A stretch of 64,000 bases of DNA from an uncultured Acidobacteriota bacterium. Its GTDB lineage: Bacteria; Acidobacteriota; Thermoanaerobaculia; Gp7-AA8. The position numbers and the translations under genes were made by a program. Shown in pieces: positions 1 to 9,703 of this stretch; position 1 is the first letter of the stretch; each line of letters begins with the position of its first letter. The stretch is taken from positions 1,120,001 to 1,184,000 of the forward strand of contig CAVUKB010000007.1 of assembly GCA_963741955.1 (NCBI GenBank), written 5' to 3'. The notes under the pieces were generated by a model. That model did no database searches. It had not been told where the DNA came from and saw only the letters and a program-made list of their open reading frames with translations.

Positions 1-66
1 GTCGAGATACTGGCGCCAGAAGACCCCGCGCATGGAGAACCGCCGCAGAGGGAGGGGAATGTTCAC
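1..66 (-). CDS. 5' fragment of a gene running off the left edge (VNIPLPLRRFSMRGVFWRQYLD...), function unknown
   Basis: GTG at 66 overlaps the TGA of the preceding GT2 (GTGA coupling); frame stays open to position 1. Confidence 0.5.
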   Translation of the reverse strand, partial: MNIPLPLRRFSMRGVFWRQYLD

Positions 67-1262
67 GGCTGCATGATCTCGTCGAGCCTGGAAGTCCTCG
101 AAGGAACCTCGGGCATCAGTGCACGGAAGAGTGCAGACTGCATGATCGCCTCGTCGCCGTGATAGGTCGGGACGTAGAAAAGGGGGAACTTCTCGAAGAT
201 CTCACGGTCGGAAATGCGGCGTCGTGCCTGAACCGTCCGGCGTTTCTCCATCAGCCGTTCCGAGTTCGCGAAGAACCACTCCATGGCGCGGAACTGCATC
301 ACCGTGAGCGGATCGTCGATGGCCGGACCGCTCCGGCGGCGCAGGAGCCGGTCGAGCATCTTCCTCCCCTTCCCCGGCGCAGAGGAATCCAGCGCCGGGC
401 GTCGCAGAGGCGACGTCTCCTGATTGCGGTCCACGGTATAGCAATGGAGGCGATGGAGGAGAGTGAGGAAGATCGGCCCTGCGAATCGGGGCAGCATCTC
501 CGGATCGAGATTCTTGATTGCGGTCTGCAGCGCATTGCGCTCGAAGAGCACTCCGCGCTCGAACGCGCCGAGGCGGTCGCTCGTCGCGGAGGACTTGTGA
601 CGGACCACCGCGCTGCGGTCGAAGCTGATCCGGTAGCCGCTGAGCCATGCGCGCCATCCGAAGTCGACGTCTTCGAGATACGCGAAGTAGTCGTCGTCGA
701 ATCCGCCGAGCTCGAGGAACTCGCGCCGCCGCACGATCATGTTGCCGCCACACGCGAAGAGGAGCTCCTCTCCGTCGTCCGGCTCGGGAACGCTCCCGAT
801 CGGTTTACGGAATCCCCGCTGGAACGCGTGACCGTCGAACGTCAGAAGGCCGCCGATGAAATCGATCTTCGTCGCGGAGGAATCGACGATCCGCCCGGAG
901 ATCGCGACGACGTCCGGCGGGGCATTCCGCATCGCGGACGCGAAGCTCCGGAGCCAGCGTGGCTCGGGAACCGCGTCGTTGTTCAGAAAAATCAGCGAGT
1001 CTGCGGCGGAAGCATCCGCGGCGGCATCGATCCCTCCGGTGAACCCGCGGTTGACCCGGAGCTCGAGGAGCTTCACTCCGGGGAAGCGCCGGAGCACGGC
1101 TTCTGCGGTGCCGTCCTTCGATCCATTGTCGACGACGGTGATCGACGCGTCGGGGTATTGGTCTTCACCGGGTCCGATCTGAGCGGCGACCGCCTCGACG
1201 GCGCGAAGCGTGTCGTCGCGACCGTTCCAGCTGATCACGACCACTTCGATATTCGGATTCAT
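63..1262 (-). CDS. Glycosyltransferase family 2
   Basis: Start MNPNIEVVVISWNG; motifs VVDNGS, FLNND, FAYLEDVDFGWR; ATGA overlap with the upstream gene. Confidence 0.9.
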   Translation of the reverse strand: MNPNIEVVVISWNGRDDTLRAVEAVAAQIGPGEDQYPDASITVVDNGSKDGTAEAVLRRFPGVKLLELRVNRGFTGGIDAAADASAADSLIFLNNDAVPEPRWLRSFASAMRNAPPDVVAISGRIVDSSATKIDFIGGLLTFDGHAFQRGFRKPIGSVPEPDDGEELLFACGGNMIVRRREFLELGGFDDDYFAYLEDVDFGWRAWLSGYRISFDRSAVVRHKSSATSDRLGAFERGVLFERNALQTAIKNLDPEMLPRFAGPIFLTLLHRLHCYTVDRNQETSPLRRPALDSSAPGKGRKMLDRLLRRRSGPAIDDPLTVMQFRAMEWFFANSERLMEKRRTVQARRRISDREIFEKFPLFYVPTYHGDEAIMQSALFRALMPEVPSRTSRLDEIMQP

Positions 1263-2479
1263 CGCAACGCCCCCAGTCTCCTTCGGATCCGCCGGAGGAG
1301 AGTCGACTCGGGGAGACGCGCCTCGAGTGGTCGAGCGAGGTCCTTCGTCTCGTCCTTCTTCGGATTCGAGCAGAAATCGAGAAGAGGTGCGAGCGTGCGG
1401 CTCCACGGATGATCCGTGGTCCAGCGACGTGCTCCCTCGCGCATCCGGCGGTACTCGTCTTCGGAAGAGAGCACTCCGGCGATCGCATCTGCGAAATCGG
1501 TGGCCCGGTTGGAGCGGACGACCACCCCCGCAGAGTAGCTCCCGAGGATGGTGTCGGTCCCGCCGGCGGGACTGGTGATCACGGGGAGTCCTCCCCAGAG
1601 GTAATCGAAAATCCGAGTGCGCATCGCGAGGTCCGTCTCCAGCGATGGTGCGAAACAGAGCATGGCCAGGGAGAACTTCCGATAGAACGCCGCGCGCTCC
1701 TCGTACGCGAACCACGGCTCGAATCGAACCACGTCCGCGAGGCCGCGTCTCTTCACCTCGTCCTGCGCCGCGGTCGCCAGAGTCTGCGGTGTGCTCTCCT
1801 GATTCGGATGGAGGGTGAAGGTGAGAGTGAGTCCGGGAATGCGGGCGCGGGCCATCTCGGCCGCGTCGATCGCGAGAATCGGATCGTACCAGTCGTAAAT
1901 GCCGCCGAACAGCACGTTCGCTCCCGCAGGATGAGTGTCTGCCGGAGGTGGAGGAGCGACCCCGAATGGTGCGATCGCGAGAAGAGATCGGAGCGACGGG
2001 TCGCGCTGGTATACGAGCGGATGGACTCGACCGGTCGCGAGGAGCAGTCCGAGATAGAACATCCTCTGGGCCTCGGAGGCACAGAGAAAAAAGTCGCCGC
2101 GAAGCAACGAGCGCATCAGGGTCAGGTGATCGTGGTTGAACACTTCTGCGCCGCGTGACGGATAGTAGTGGAGGTTCTCGACGATGAACGGATCGTACAG
2201 ATCGACCACGGTGGGAATGGACGCGCCGTGCGCGATCAGCTCGTTCACGACGTGCCCCTGCACGATCGCCACGTCGGCGGCGCCGGAGTGGTCGTGGATC
2301 GCCTGTGGCGAGAGCGCGGCGGATGTGCATCCGTCGACGGTGCCGCCATCAGGGCTGAGGACGATCACCTGGTGTCCCACGGCGCGGAGCGCTCGTGCGA
2401 TCTCGATGAAGCGGATTCCGACGCCTGCGGGGTGGCGGTGACCGAGTGGCTCGGGGCAGAGGAGGAGAGCGCGCGTCAC
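1259..2479 (-). CDS. Glycosyltransferase, GT-B fold (family 4-like)
   Basis: GTG start overlaps the upstream stop; motifs AGVGIRF, VDLYDP, RTRIFDYLWGGLPVI; paralogous to 50259-51398. Confidence 0.85.
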   Translation of the reverse strand: MTRALLLCPEPLGHRHPAGVGIRFIEIARALRAVGHQVIVLSPDGGTVDGCTSAALSPQAIHDHSGAADVAIVQGHVVNELIAHGASIPTVVDLYDPFIVENLHYYPSRGAEVFNHDHLTLMRSLLRGDFFLCASEAQRMFYLGLLLATGRVHPLVYQRDPSLRSLLAIAPFGVAPPPPADTHPAGANVLFGGIYDWYDPILAIDAAEMARARIPGLTLTFTLHPNQESTPQTLATAAQDEVKRRGLADVVRFEPWFAYEERAAFYRKFSLAMLCFAPSLETDLAMRTRIFDYLWGGLPVITSPAGGTDTILGSYSAGVVVRSNRATDFADAIAGVLSSEDEYRRMREGARRWTTDHPWSRTLAPLLDFCSNPKKDETKDLARPLEARLPESTLLRRIRRRLGALR

Positions 2480-4383
2480 CGTTTTCCCTTGAGCCTCTCG
2501 ACCGCGGAGTGAATCTTCCAGGTGCGGGAACGGTAGATCGTCTCCATCAACGCATTCAGACGCTCGACCTCGGCGAAGAGCTGCCCGATCGTCTCCGACT
2601 GGCTCGCGACCGCGGCTTTGTTCGTCTCCAGTTCGCGAGCGAGTCTCTGAGCGTCGCCAGTCGCTCGCATCACTTCGGCTTCGAGGCCCAGCCGCACTTC
2701 GTCCAGTCGCTGCCGTTGCGCTTCTGCGGAGAGGAACCGTCCGTGCTGCTCCCGAATCTCTTCGATCAGTGTCTGCTTCTCCCGCTCGAGCCGGTCGACG
2801 TCGCGCTCGAGGTGTCGGCCCCGTCCGATCTGTTCGACCCGCTCGCTCCAGGTTCGCTGCAGCTCGAGCTTCTGTTTCGCCAATGCGTCGGCGAATGCCT
2901 CCGGGGAGGCGAGATCGCGATGCTTTTCCCAGATCCGCAGTTTTGCCCGGCGAAACGCCTCGCTCCCTTCGGGTGACGCGAGGACGGCGGAGCCGCTTCC
3001 TTCGAAATGACGGATCTCGCAGGTGACGAGAGGAACGTGACCGAAGCTGCCGAGCCGCGAGAGCCGGAGAATGAAGTCCCAATCCTCGAAGAGATCGAAC
3101 TCGGGATCGAAGCCGCCGAGAGAGCGGAAATCCTCCGTCGCGACGAGGAGCGTGGGGAGAGGGATGTAGTTGTCGACGGCGAGCATGGTGCGATCGAAGT
3201 CGCGTGAAAAGAGTCTCAGCCTGTCGCGCACCTCGTGGATCCCTTTTTCGCCGGGACGGAGAAACACCGACACCGCATCCGAGTAGACCGCTCGGTGAGG
3301 TCCCGACTGCATGGCGCGGGTGAGTGTGGAGAGGTGTTCCGGATAGTAGGCATCATCGTCGTCGAGAAACGCGAGCCACGGCGTCTCGACGCGCTCGACT
3401 CCGCGGTTCATCGCCAGCGAACGTCCGGAGGAGCGCGGATCGTCGACGAGTACCACGCGCTCGCCGAAGGGAGCGACGACGTCGCGAGGGCTCGCTCCGC
3501 CATCGTTGACGACCACGACGCGCGCCGGCGGCATTCCCTGGAATATGGAGTGGAGGGCTTCGTCGAGGAGGTTCAGCCGGTCGCGCGTACGCACGACCAC
3601 GGAGACCGGCAGCTCTCCGGCCGCCGATTCGACCGGCATGGTTCCGCCGATACGCTTCTCGAGATCACTCCAGCAGATGGTGCGAAGTTGCGGAGCGGGG
3701 ATGACGAAGAAGGCTTCCGCGGCGACCGTCTCGGGCTCGAGCGTCATCGCGCGGTAGTGGTTCAGCCCGGAGGCATAACGATCGTAGTTGCGGATCCGCA
3801 GCTGGGATTCGTGTGCACGGATGGCGTCGGATTTGCGAGCCGAAACGGCGGAGATGTCGACCAGCGTGTTCGGCTGGAACGGGCGGCTGATCTCGCAGAA
3901 CGCGACGTTGCAGAGAGCGAGTGAGCCTTCCAGGTCGCGGGAGGAGTGGATCACGTCGAAGAACGCGCGGCTGAGCGCCCGGTGGTCTGGGTGGATCTCG
4001 ACCGGAGAGGGGAGGACGATCAGATCGGGGCGGAACTCCTGGAGAATCGCCCGGATCGACTCTCCTGCCGCGGTTCGATGCTCCTCCAGGTGCCGGTCGG
4101 GGATGCGAAGGAATTCGAGATCGGGCGTCCCTCCGAGCTGCTGGAGACCGCGGCGGACTTCGTTCTCGCGAATCTCGCGGTAGACCGCCGGGTCGTCGAC
4201 TCCTTCGGCCGCAGTGCCGTCGGTGAAGACGACGATCCGGGTGATGCGGTGCTCGGCGAGATGTTGCGCGAGAAGCCCGCCGCACCCGATCACCTCGTCG
4301 TCGGGATGGGGGGCCAGAACGAGGAGTCGCTCCCCCCGCAGAGGCGTGGCCTCGAAAGGGATCAGCTCCTTTTCGTCGCTCAT
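2476..4383 (-). CDS. PIG-L/LmbE-family deacetylase + GT2 + C-terminal coiled-coil fusion
   Basis: APHPDDE and HPDH metal motifs; GT2 motifs VVVNDG, FLDDDD, FEDWDF; heptad-rich tail ending YRSRTWKI. Confidence 0.88.
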   Translation of the reverse strand: MSDEKELIPFEATPLRGERLLVLAPHPDDEVIGCGGLLAQHLAEHRITRIVVFTDGTAAEGVDDPAVYREIRENEVRRGLQQLGGTPDLEFLRIPDRHLEEHRTAAGESIRAILQEFRPDLIVLPSPVEIHPDHRALSRAFFDVIHSSRDLEGSLALCNVAFCEISRPFQPNTLVDISAVSARKSDAIRAHESQLRIRNYDRYASGLNHYRAMTLEPETVAAEAFFVIPAPQLRTICWSDLEKRIGGTMPVESAAGELPVSVVVRTRDRLNLLDEALHSIFQGMPPARVVVVNDGGASPRDVVAPFGERVVLVDDPRSSGRSLAMNRGVERVETPWLAFLDDDDAYYPEHLSTLTRAMQSGPHRAVYSDAVSVFLRPGEKGIHEVRDRLRLFSRDFDRTMLAVDNYIPLPTLLVATEDFRSLGGFDPEFDLFEDWDFILRLSRLGSFGHVPLVTCEIRHFEGSGSAVLASPEGSEAFRRAKLRIWEKHRDLASPEAFADALAKQKLELQRTWSERVEQIGRGRHLERDVDRLEREKQTLIEEIREQHGRFLSAEAQRQRLDEVRLGLEAEVMRATGDAQRLARELETNKAAVASQSETIGQLFAEVERLNALMETIYRSRTWKIHSAVERLKGKR

Positions 4384-4473
4384 GTTTCGATTATCGCCGA
4401 ACTGAAGAATAATTGCGGCGTCCGCGCCGTCAGCCGCTCCGCCAGAGCATACGGGCGGGCGGCCGCCGCTGTC

Positions 4474-4479
4474 TATAAT
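4474..4479 (+). promoter_or_regulatory. -10 element for the DGC-tpiA transcript
   Basis: Perfect TATAAT 9 nt before the ATG at 4489, within a divergent intergenic region. Confidence 0.55.
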
Positions 4480-4488
4480 GGGAGGCGG

Positions 4489-5769
4489 ATGAAGATGTTC
4501 GACGAAGTGCCGCAGTCGGAGACGGAGAGGAGAGTCCTGAGGTTCCTCTTCGCTGCAGGAGATGGGATCGATCTGGATCTCCTGACTCCGGAAGAGAAGA
4601 ACGTAGTGGACGATCTGCGGCGTCAGGGAGTGGTCGAGCTGTGGGACGGAAGAGCGAGAATCGACCCGAACGGCGTGGCCGCGGGTCCGGAAGCACGGGA
4701 AAGATTCGTGGCTTCGTCGGCGGAGGATACGGCGAATCATGCGCCGACTGAGCTCGACCGCCTCCGCCGGCAGGAATGGGAAAGCCGTACGCTGTTCGAG
4801 TTCATTCAGTCGCTGACCGGGAACATCATCCGCGCGACCTCCATCCGGGAGCTCTTCGCGTCGGCGTTCACGCAACTCGCAGGGCCGGTCGATTTCTCGA
4901 TCGGCACTGCAATCATGGTGGAGCAGAATCTCGAGCTGTACATCTCGAGACGCGCCGGAACGGAACGGGTCATCGGAAAACGGTTCGAGACGGAGATCCG
5001 CAACACGATGCAGGGGCAGCTGAACCTCTCTTTCGAGGACACCGACGTGGTGATCGTCGACGAACAGACGAATCTTCGCGGCGCCGCCCCCGAGTGGGAT
5101 CCGTTCGAATACTGCGCACGAGCGGTCATCCAGCACGAGAACAGAATCGCCGGGGTTCTGGTGATCTTCAGAGCGGGACGACCCTTCCGTCCGGAAGAGC
5201 AGAAGATGCTTCAGATCCTCTCGGGTCAGGTCTCCATTCTGCTGGACAACATCCGGGCGCACGAGCGGATCCAGAATCTCGCGGACACTGACGAGCTCAC
5301 GGGAATTCCGAACCGCCGCTTCTTCCGCTCCCGGCTGAGCAGCGAGATCGACAGGGCGCGGATCTATTCGCTGCCCCTTTCTCTGCTGCTCCTCGACGTC
5401 GACGAATTCAAACAGATCAACGACAGTTGGGGTCACATGATGGGGGACGTGGTCCTGTCGGAGCTCTGTGGTGCGGTGAAGGAGACGCTCCGGCCGACGG
5501 ACATCTTCGCCCGGTACGGAGGGGACGAGCTCGCGGTGATCCTCTTCCACACCGATCTGTGGGGAGCGCGCTCGGTGGCGGAGAGAATCGTGCAGCTGGT
5601 GCGGAAACTCGACATGCATTCGGAGTCGGGTGCGGCGATCGGCTGCACCGTCTCGATCGGGATCGCGACGTATGTTCCACCCGACATGACGGCGGCGGAT
5701 CTGATCCAGCGGGCGGACGAGCGGCTCTATCTGTCGAAAAAGAGTGGAAAAAACCGATACAGTTGGTGA
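4489..5769 (+). CDS. GAF-domain diguanylate cyclase
   Basis: TDELTGIPNRR, LLDVDEFKQINDSWGH, RPTD I-site, RYGGDEL, ADERLYLSKKSGKNR; GAF-like segment upstream. Confidence 0.92.
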   Translation: MKMFDEVPQSETERRVLRFLFAAGDGIDLDLLTPEEKNVVDDLRRQGVVELWDGRARIDPNGVAAGPEARERFVASSAEDTANHAPTELDRLRRQEWESRTLFEFIQSLTGNIIRATSIRELFASAFTQLAGPVDFSIGTAIMVEQNLELYISRRAGTERVIGKRFETEIRNTMQGQLNLSFEDTDVVIVDEQTNLRGAAPEWDPFEYCARAVIQHENRIAGVLVIFRAGRPFRPEEQKMLQILSGQVSILLDNIRAHERIQNLADTDELTGIPNRRFFRSRLSSEIDRARIYSLPLSLLLLDVDEFKQINDSWGHMMGDVVLSELCGAVKETLRPTDIFARYGGDELAVILFHTDLWGARSVAERIVQLVRKLDMHSESGAAIGCTVSIGIATYVPPDMTAADLIQRADERLYLSKKSGKNRYSW

Positions 5770-5772
5770 GTG

Positions 5773-6540
5773 ATGAGCGAAAAAATTCTGATCGCAAACT
5801 GGAAAATGAATCTTCCGCCGTCGGGTCTGGACGGGTTCGTCCACTCCTTCGCGGATGGCCGCGTGGACGCGTCGGTAGAGCTGGTGATTGCACCTCCTTT
5901 TCCGTTCCTTCCGGAGATTCGAGGATTGATCGACCGGCAAGGCGTGGCGTCGGGGCTCGCGGGACAGGACTGCTCGCAGGAGGAGAAGGGAGCGTTCACC
6001 GGTGAAGTTTCCGCGGCGATGCTGCGAAGCGTCGGAGCGACGCACGCCATCGTCGGACACTCGGAGCGCCGGCGCTACCACCATGAACCGGATGAGATGA
6101 TCGGCCGGAAGGGAGCCCGCGCGATGGCGTCGGGGCTCGTCCCGGTGCTCTGCATCGGCGAAGACGCGAAGACGAGAGACGAGGGGGGAACGGTCACGCT
6201 CCTCGAATCGCAGATCCGCGGCGCGCTCGACGGCGCCTCCAGCCTGAATGGCCTCAATCGACGATGGATTCTCGCCTACGAGCCGGTCTGGGCGATCGGG
6301 ACGGGCCGGAACGCCTCGCCGGAGATGGTGGCGGAGACCCATCTGGCGATCCGGAAGGTGCTGCGCGGGTTGGGACACGAGCAGGTGCCGATCCTCTATG
6401 GAGGGAGCGTGACGCCGGAGAATGCGGAAGCGCTCGCGTCGGTGGACGAGGTCAGCGGCTTCCTGGTCGGCGGCGCCAGCCTCGACGCGACGAAGTTCCT
6501 GGCGATCCACGACGGCATCCTCGCGGCCGTTGCGCGGTGA
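5773..6540 (+). CDS. tpiA: Triosephosphate isomerase
   Basis: ANWKMN, GHSERR, AYEPVWAIGTG, LYGGSV, LVGGASL. Confidence 0.97.
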   Translation: MSEKILIANWKMNLPPSGLDGFVHSFADGRVDASVELVIAPPFPFLPEIRGLIDRQGVASGLAGQDCSQEEKGAFTGEVSAAMLRSVGATHAIVGHSERRRYHHEPDEMIGRKGARAMASGLVPVLCIGEDAKTRDEGGTVTLLESQIRGALDGASSLNGLNRRWILAYEPVWAIGTGRNASPEMVAETHLAIRKVLRGLGHEQVPILYGGSVTPENAEALASVDEVSGFLVGGASLDATKFLAIHDGILAAVAR

Positions 6541-6548
6541 GAAAAATG

Positions 6549-6578
6549 TTGACTCCGCCCTCCCATCCGGGGAAGAAT
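6549..6578 (+). promoter_or_regulatory. Putative sigma70 promoter for secG-tRNA
   Basis: TTGACT (6549-6554), 18 nt spacer, AAGAAT (6573-6578). Confidence 0.45.
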
Positions 6579-6631
6579 TCACCGCTCCGCAGGGTTCTGT
6601 GGCCTCGGAGTCAACCTGAACGGAGACATAC

Positions 6632-6925
6632 ATGGTCGTTTTCATCGTCGTACTTCACGTCATCGTCAGCTCCTTTCTGATGCTTTTCGTCCTGCTTCAG
6701 CAGGGGAAGGGTGCGGACCTGGCGGGAGCATTCGGAGGTGGTGGTTCGCAGACGGTTTTCGGACCGCGCGGAGCGGCCACTCTCCTGCAGAAGCTGACGA
6801 CCGTGTTCTTCGTGCTCTTTGTCATCACCTCGCTGACTCTCGCGATCATTCAGGGGCGGCCGAAGACGTCGGTCATGTCCGCGCCGCAGTCGGCTCCGAC
6901 CGCGCCCGCTCCCGTGAGCAAGTAG
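6632..6925 (+). CDS. secG: Preprotein translocase subunit SecG
   Basis: VLLQQGKGADLAGAFGGGGSQTVFG between two TM helices; tpiA-secG-tRNA-Leu synteny. Confidence 0.96.
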   Translation: MVVFIVVLHVIVSSFLMLFVLLQQGKGADLAGAFGGGGSQTVFGPRGAATLLQKLTTVFFVLFVITSLTLAIIQGRPKTSVMSAPQSAPTAPAPVSK

Positions 6926-6940
6926 TCACGCGAACCGTTT

Positions 6941-7025
<85 letters not shown>

Positions 7026-7033
7026 TCTCCTTC

Positions 7034-7075
7034 CTTCTTCATCATCATCATCATCATCATCTTCTTCTTCATCAT
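7034..7075. repeat. Trinucleotide microsatellite (CTT)2(CAT)7(CTT)3(CAT)2
   Basis: Read directly, immediately 3' of the tRNA. Confidence 0.9.
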
Positions 7076-7244
7076 CGGGTTTCGTCCTGCGCCTCTGTGC
7101 GCCTCTGTGCGCCTTCGGGGGCGTGTGCGCATCGGAATCCGAAATCCGCTTCCGCGTGGCGCGGCGCTCGCGTTTTCACGGTACGTCTCTTGCGAGTCCC
7201 TGATTTTGCGATAATCTGCTGAAAATGCGCTGGGGAGGTTGGCT

Positions 7245-7583
7245 ATGACGGAAGTTCCATCGGCATCCGGTGGCAAGAGACAATCGGTCCTGAAGGACGT
7301 GGTGGATGATCTTCTGCGCAATCTGCAGGAAGGTGTGGGAGACAAGGAGAAGCGGAAGCAGGTCGAAGAGTGGCTTCGGAGTCTCGCCGACAAGTACCCG
7401 GAGTTCTCGATCGGCGAGGGGCTGCGGGAGTACTACCTGGCGGAAGCAGGGCGGCTGCGGAAGGAATTCGACTCGGCCAGTGACCTGACGGAGAAGCTCG
7501 CGGTCGGTCGGATGGTGGAGAGTTTTCTCGATCGAGCAGCAGAGTTCGACCGGCTCCGCGAGGAATCCGCGCGAATGAGCTGA
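7245..7583 (+). CDS. Hypothetical helical protein
   Basis: GGAGG SD, upstream GATAAT, protein-like composition (KQVEEWLRSLADKYPEF). Confidence 0.75.
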   Translation: MTEVPSASGGKRQSVLKDVVDDLLRNLQEGVGDKEKRKQVEEWLRSLADKYPEFSIGEGLREYYLAEAGRLRKEFDSASDLTEKLAVGRMVESFLDRAAEFDRLREESARMS

Positions 7584-7664
7584 GCGCGAGCTCCGGCCGC
7601 TGCCCGGCAGATCGCCGGCATTCGGAAATGCCCTCGGGCCTCTTCCTCCGATACAATCCCGCTC

Positions 7665-9164
7665 GTGAAAGTTCTGATTGCAAATCGTGGTGAGATCGCC
7701 GTCCGGGTGATCCGTGCCTGCCGGGAGCTCGGCTACCCGACCGTTGCGGTGTATTCGGAGGCCGATCGGGCCGCCCTCCACGTACTCTACGCAGACCAGT
7801 CGATCGAGATCGGCCCCGCTCCTTCAGCCGAGAGCTATCTCCGAATCGACCGGATCCTCGATGCCGCCCGGAAAAGCGGAGCCGAGGCGGTGCATCCGGG
7901 ATACGGATTTCTGTCGGAAAACGCGCAGTTCGCGCAGGCGTGCGCCGACGAGGGTCTGATATTCATCGGGCCCTCTCCCGCGTCGATTCGTGCCATGGGA
8001 TCGAAGACCGAGAGCCGGCAGCGGATGAAGGCTGCCGGCGTTCCGATCGTTCCCGGCCTCGAGACACCGGTCGGCTCGTTCGAAGAGCTCCGCACGGCAG
8101 CAGAGGAGATCGGATTTCCGCTGATGCTCAAGGCGAGTGCCGGCGGTGGCGGGAAGGGGATGCGGCTGGTCGAGCGGATGGAAGATCTGAAGGGGGCATT
8201 CGAGAGAGTGAGCAGCGAAGCGGCTTCCTTCTTCGGAGACGCCGCGGTCTACGCCGAGAAGTTCGTCGCGTCGCCCCGGCACATCGAAGTGCAGGTGGTC
8301 GGGGACCAGCACGGAAACCTCGTGCATCTCGGAGAGCGCGAATGCACGCTTCAGCGTCGGCACCAGAAGGTGGTCGAAGAGTCGCCTTCGCCGGTGGTCG
8401 ACGCCGAACTGCGGCAGCGACTGGGGGAGACCGCCGTGACGGCGGCCCGTGCGGTCGACTATTTCTCGACCGGAACCATCGAGATGCTGATGGATCCGGA
8501 CCACAACTTCTATTTTCTGGAGATGAACACCCGGCTCCAGGTCGAGCATCCGGTGACCGAAGCGGTGACCGGAATCGATCTGGTGAAGGCGCAGCTGCGC
8601 GTCGCACGCGGCGAGCCGCTCGGATTGCGGCAGGAAGAGATCTCGCCTCGGGGGCACGCGATCGAGTGCCGGATCTACGCCGAAGATCCGTTCCGCAATT
8701 TCGCCCCGTCACCGGGAGTGATCCGTTACATCAATCTCCCTGAAGGACCGGGGATCCGGAACGACAACGGCGTCTACAACGGGTACACGGTTCCGATCCA
8801 TTACGATCCGATGCTCTCGAAGCTGATCGCATGGGCGGAGAATCGTGAGGAGGCGATCGGACGGATGAAGCGGGCGCTCAAGGAGTACCGGGTGGACGGG
8901 ATCCGGACCGGAATCCCGTTCTTTTCCCTCCTGATGGAGGATGAAGCTTTCAAGCGCGGGGACTTCGACACCGGCTTCCTCGACCGCTTTCTCGAATCGA
9001 TCTCGCTGGAGCCCGAACCGGGCGACGTCAGAGTGGACGCGGCGATCGCTGCGGCCGCCATTTTCACCCTGGAGCAGAGTGAGAAGGTTTCGCTCCCGGA
9101 GGAACGGGAATCGCGCTGGAGAGCCGCGTCGCGACTGGAGTCGACCGGGAGGAGCCGCCGGTGA
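7665..9164 (+). CDS. accC: Acyl-CoA carboxylase biotin carboxylase subunit
   Basis: KVLIANRGEIA, HPGYGFLSEN, GGGGKGMR, FLEMNTRLQVEHPVTE, YDPMLSKL; substrate (acetyl/propionyl/methylcrotonyl-CoA) cannot be determined. Confidence 0.9.
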   Translation: MKVLIANRGEIAVRVIRACRELGYPTVAVYSEADRAALHVLYADQSIEIGPAPSAESYLRIDRILDAARKSGAEAVHPGYGFLSENAQFAQACADEGLIFIGPSPASIRAMGSKTESRQRMKAAGVPIVPGLETPVGSFEELRTAAEEIGFPLMLKASAGGGGKGMRLVERMEDLKGAFERVSSEAASFFGDAAVYAEKFVASPRHIEVQVVGDQHGNLVHLGERECTLQRRHQKVVEESPSPVVDAELRQRLGETAVTAARAVDYFSTGTIEMLMDPDHNFYFLEMNTRLQVEHPVTEAVTGIDLVKAQLRVARGEPLGLRQEEISPRGHAIECRIYAEDPFRNFAPSPGVIRYINLPEGPGIRNDNGVYNGYTVPIHYDPMLSKLIAWAENREEAIGRMKRALKEYRVDGIRTGIPFFSLLMEDEAFKRGDFDTGFLDRFLESISLEPEPGDVRVDAAIAAAAIFTLEQSEKVSLPEERESRWRAASRLESTGRSRR

Positions 9165-9661
9165 AGCTGATCGCGCGTCACGACGACGAGGCCATTCCGG
9201 TCGAGATCCAGCGGCATGGAACCGGATACCGGATCCTGCTGAGGGACGAGTGGATCACCGCGGAGCTGGTGGTGGCGAACCGCTTCGTCCGGATGCTCCG
9301 GCTCGAGGATGGGCGTCAGTTTCTCCTGGTGCACCATCAGGAGCGGGGCCGCCATGAGATCTCGGTCGGGGACCGCACCGTCCACCTGGAGGTCGTCGAT
9401 CCGCTGACCATGCGGAGAAAGGGCTCCACCGCCGCGGATGCCGGGGCGGGTACGGTGCGCGCTCTGATGCCTGGACGCGTGGTGAAGGTCCTGGTGGCCG
9501 AAGGAGACGACGTATCCAAGGGCGATCCGCTCATGGTGCTCGAAGCGATGAAGATGGAGAACCAGATCGCTGCGCCGCGGGATGGGAAGGTCGGAGCTCT
9601 CCACGTAGTGGAAGGGCAGACGGTCGAGGGTGGGGCGGAGCTCATTACGATCGAATCGTGA
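9161..9661 (+). CDS. Biotin carboxyl carrier protein
   Basis: ALMPGRVV and EAMKMEN biotinylation motif; GTGA overlap with the carboxylase. Confidence 0.92.
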   Translation: MKLIARHDDEAIPVEIQRHGTGYRILLRDEWITAELVVANRFVRMLRLEDGRQFLLVHHQERGRHEISVGDRTVHLEVVDPLTMRRKGSTAADAGAGTVRALMPGRVVKVLVAEGDDVSKGDPLMVLEAMKMENQIAAPRDGKVGALHVVEGQTVEGGAELITIES

Positions 9662-9703
9662 AGCGGGCATCATCGGTATAATCAATCGAGGAAACTCCCG
9701 ATC

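Noticed and set aside
1263-2330. N-terminal extension of the 755-aa ORF, suggesting a frameshifted GT fusion
   Set aside because: It is an off-frame read of the GT4 gene; the two genes are joined by a normal ATGA overlap
4384-6645. N-terminal ~750 aa of the 1389-aa ORF, suggesting a giant fusion
   Set aside because: It is antisense to the DGC and tpiA genes; the real gene starts at 4383 after a -10 element
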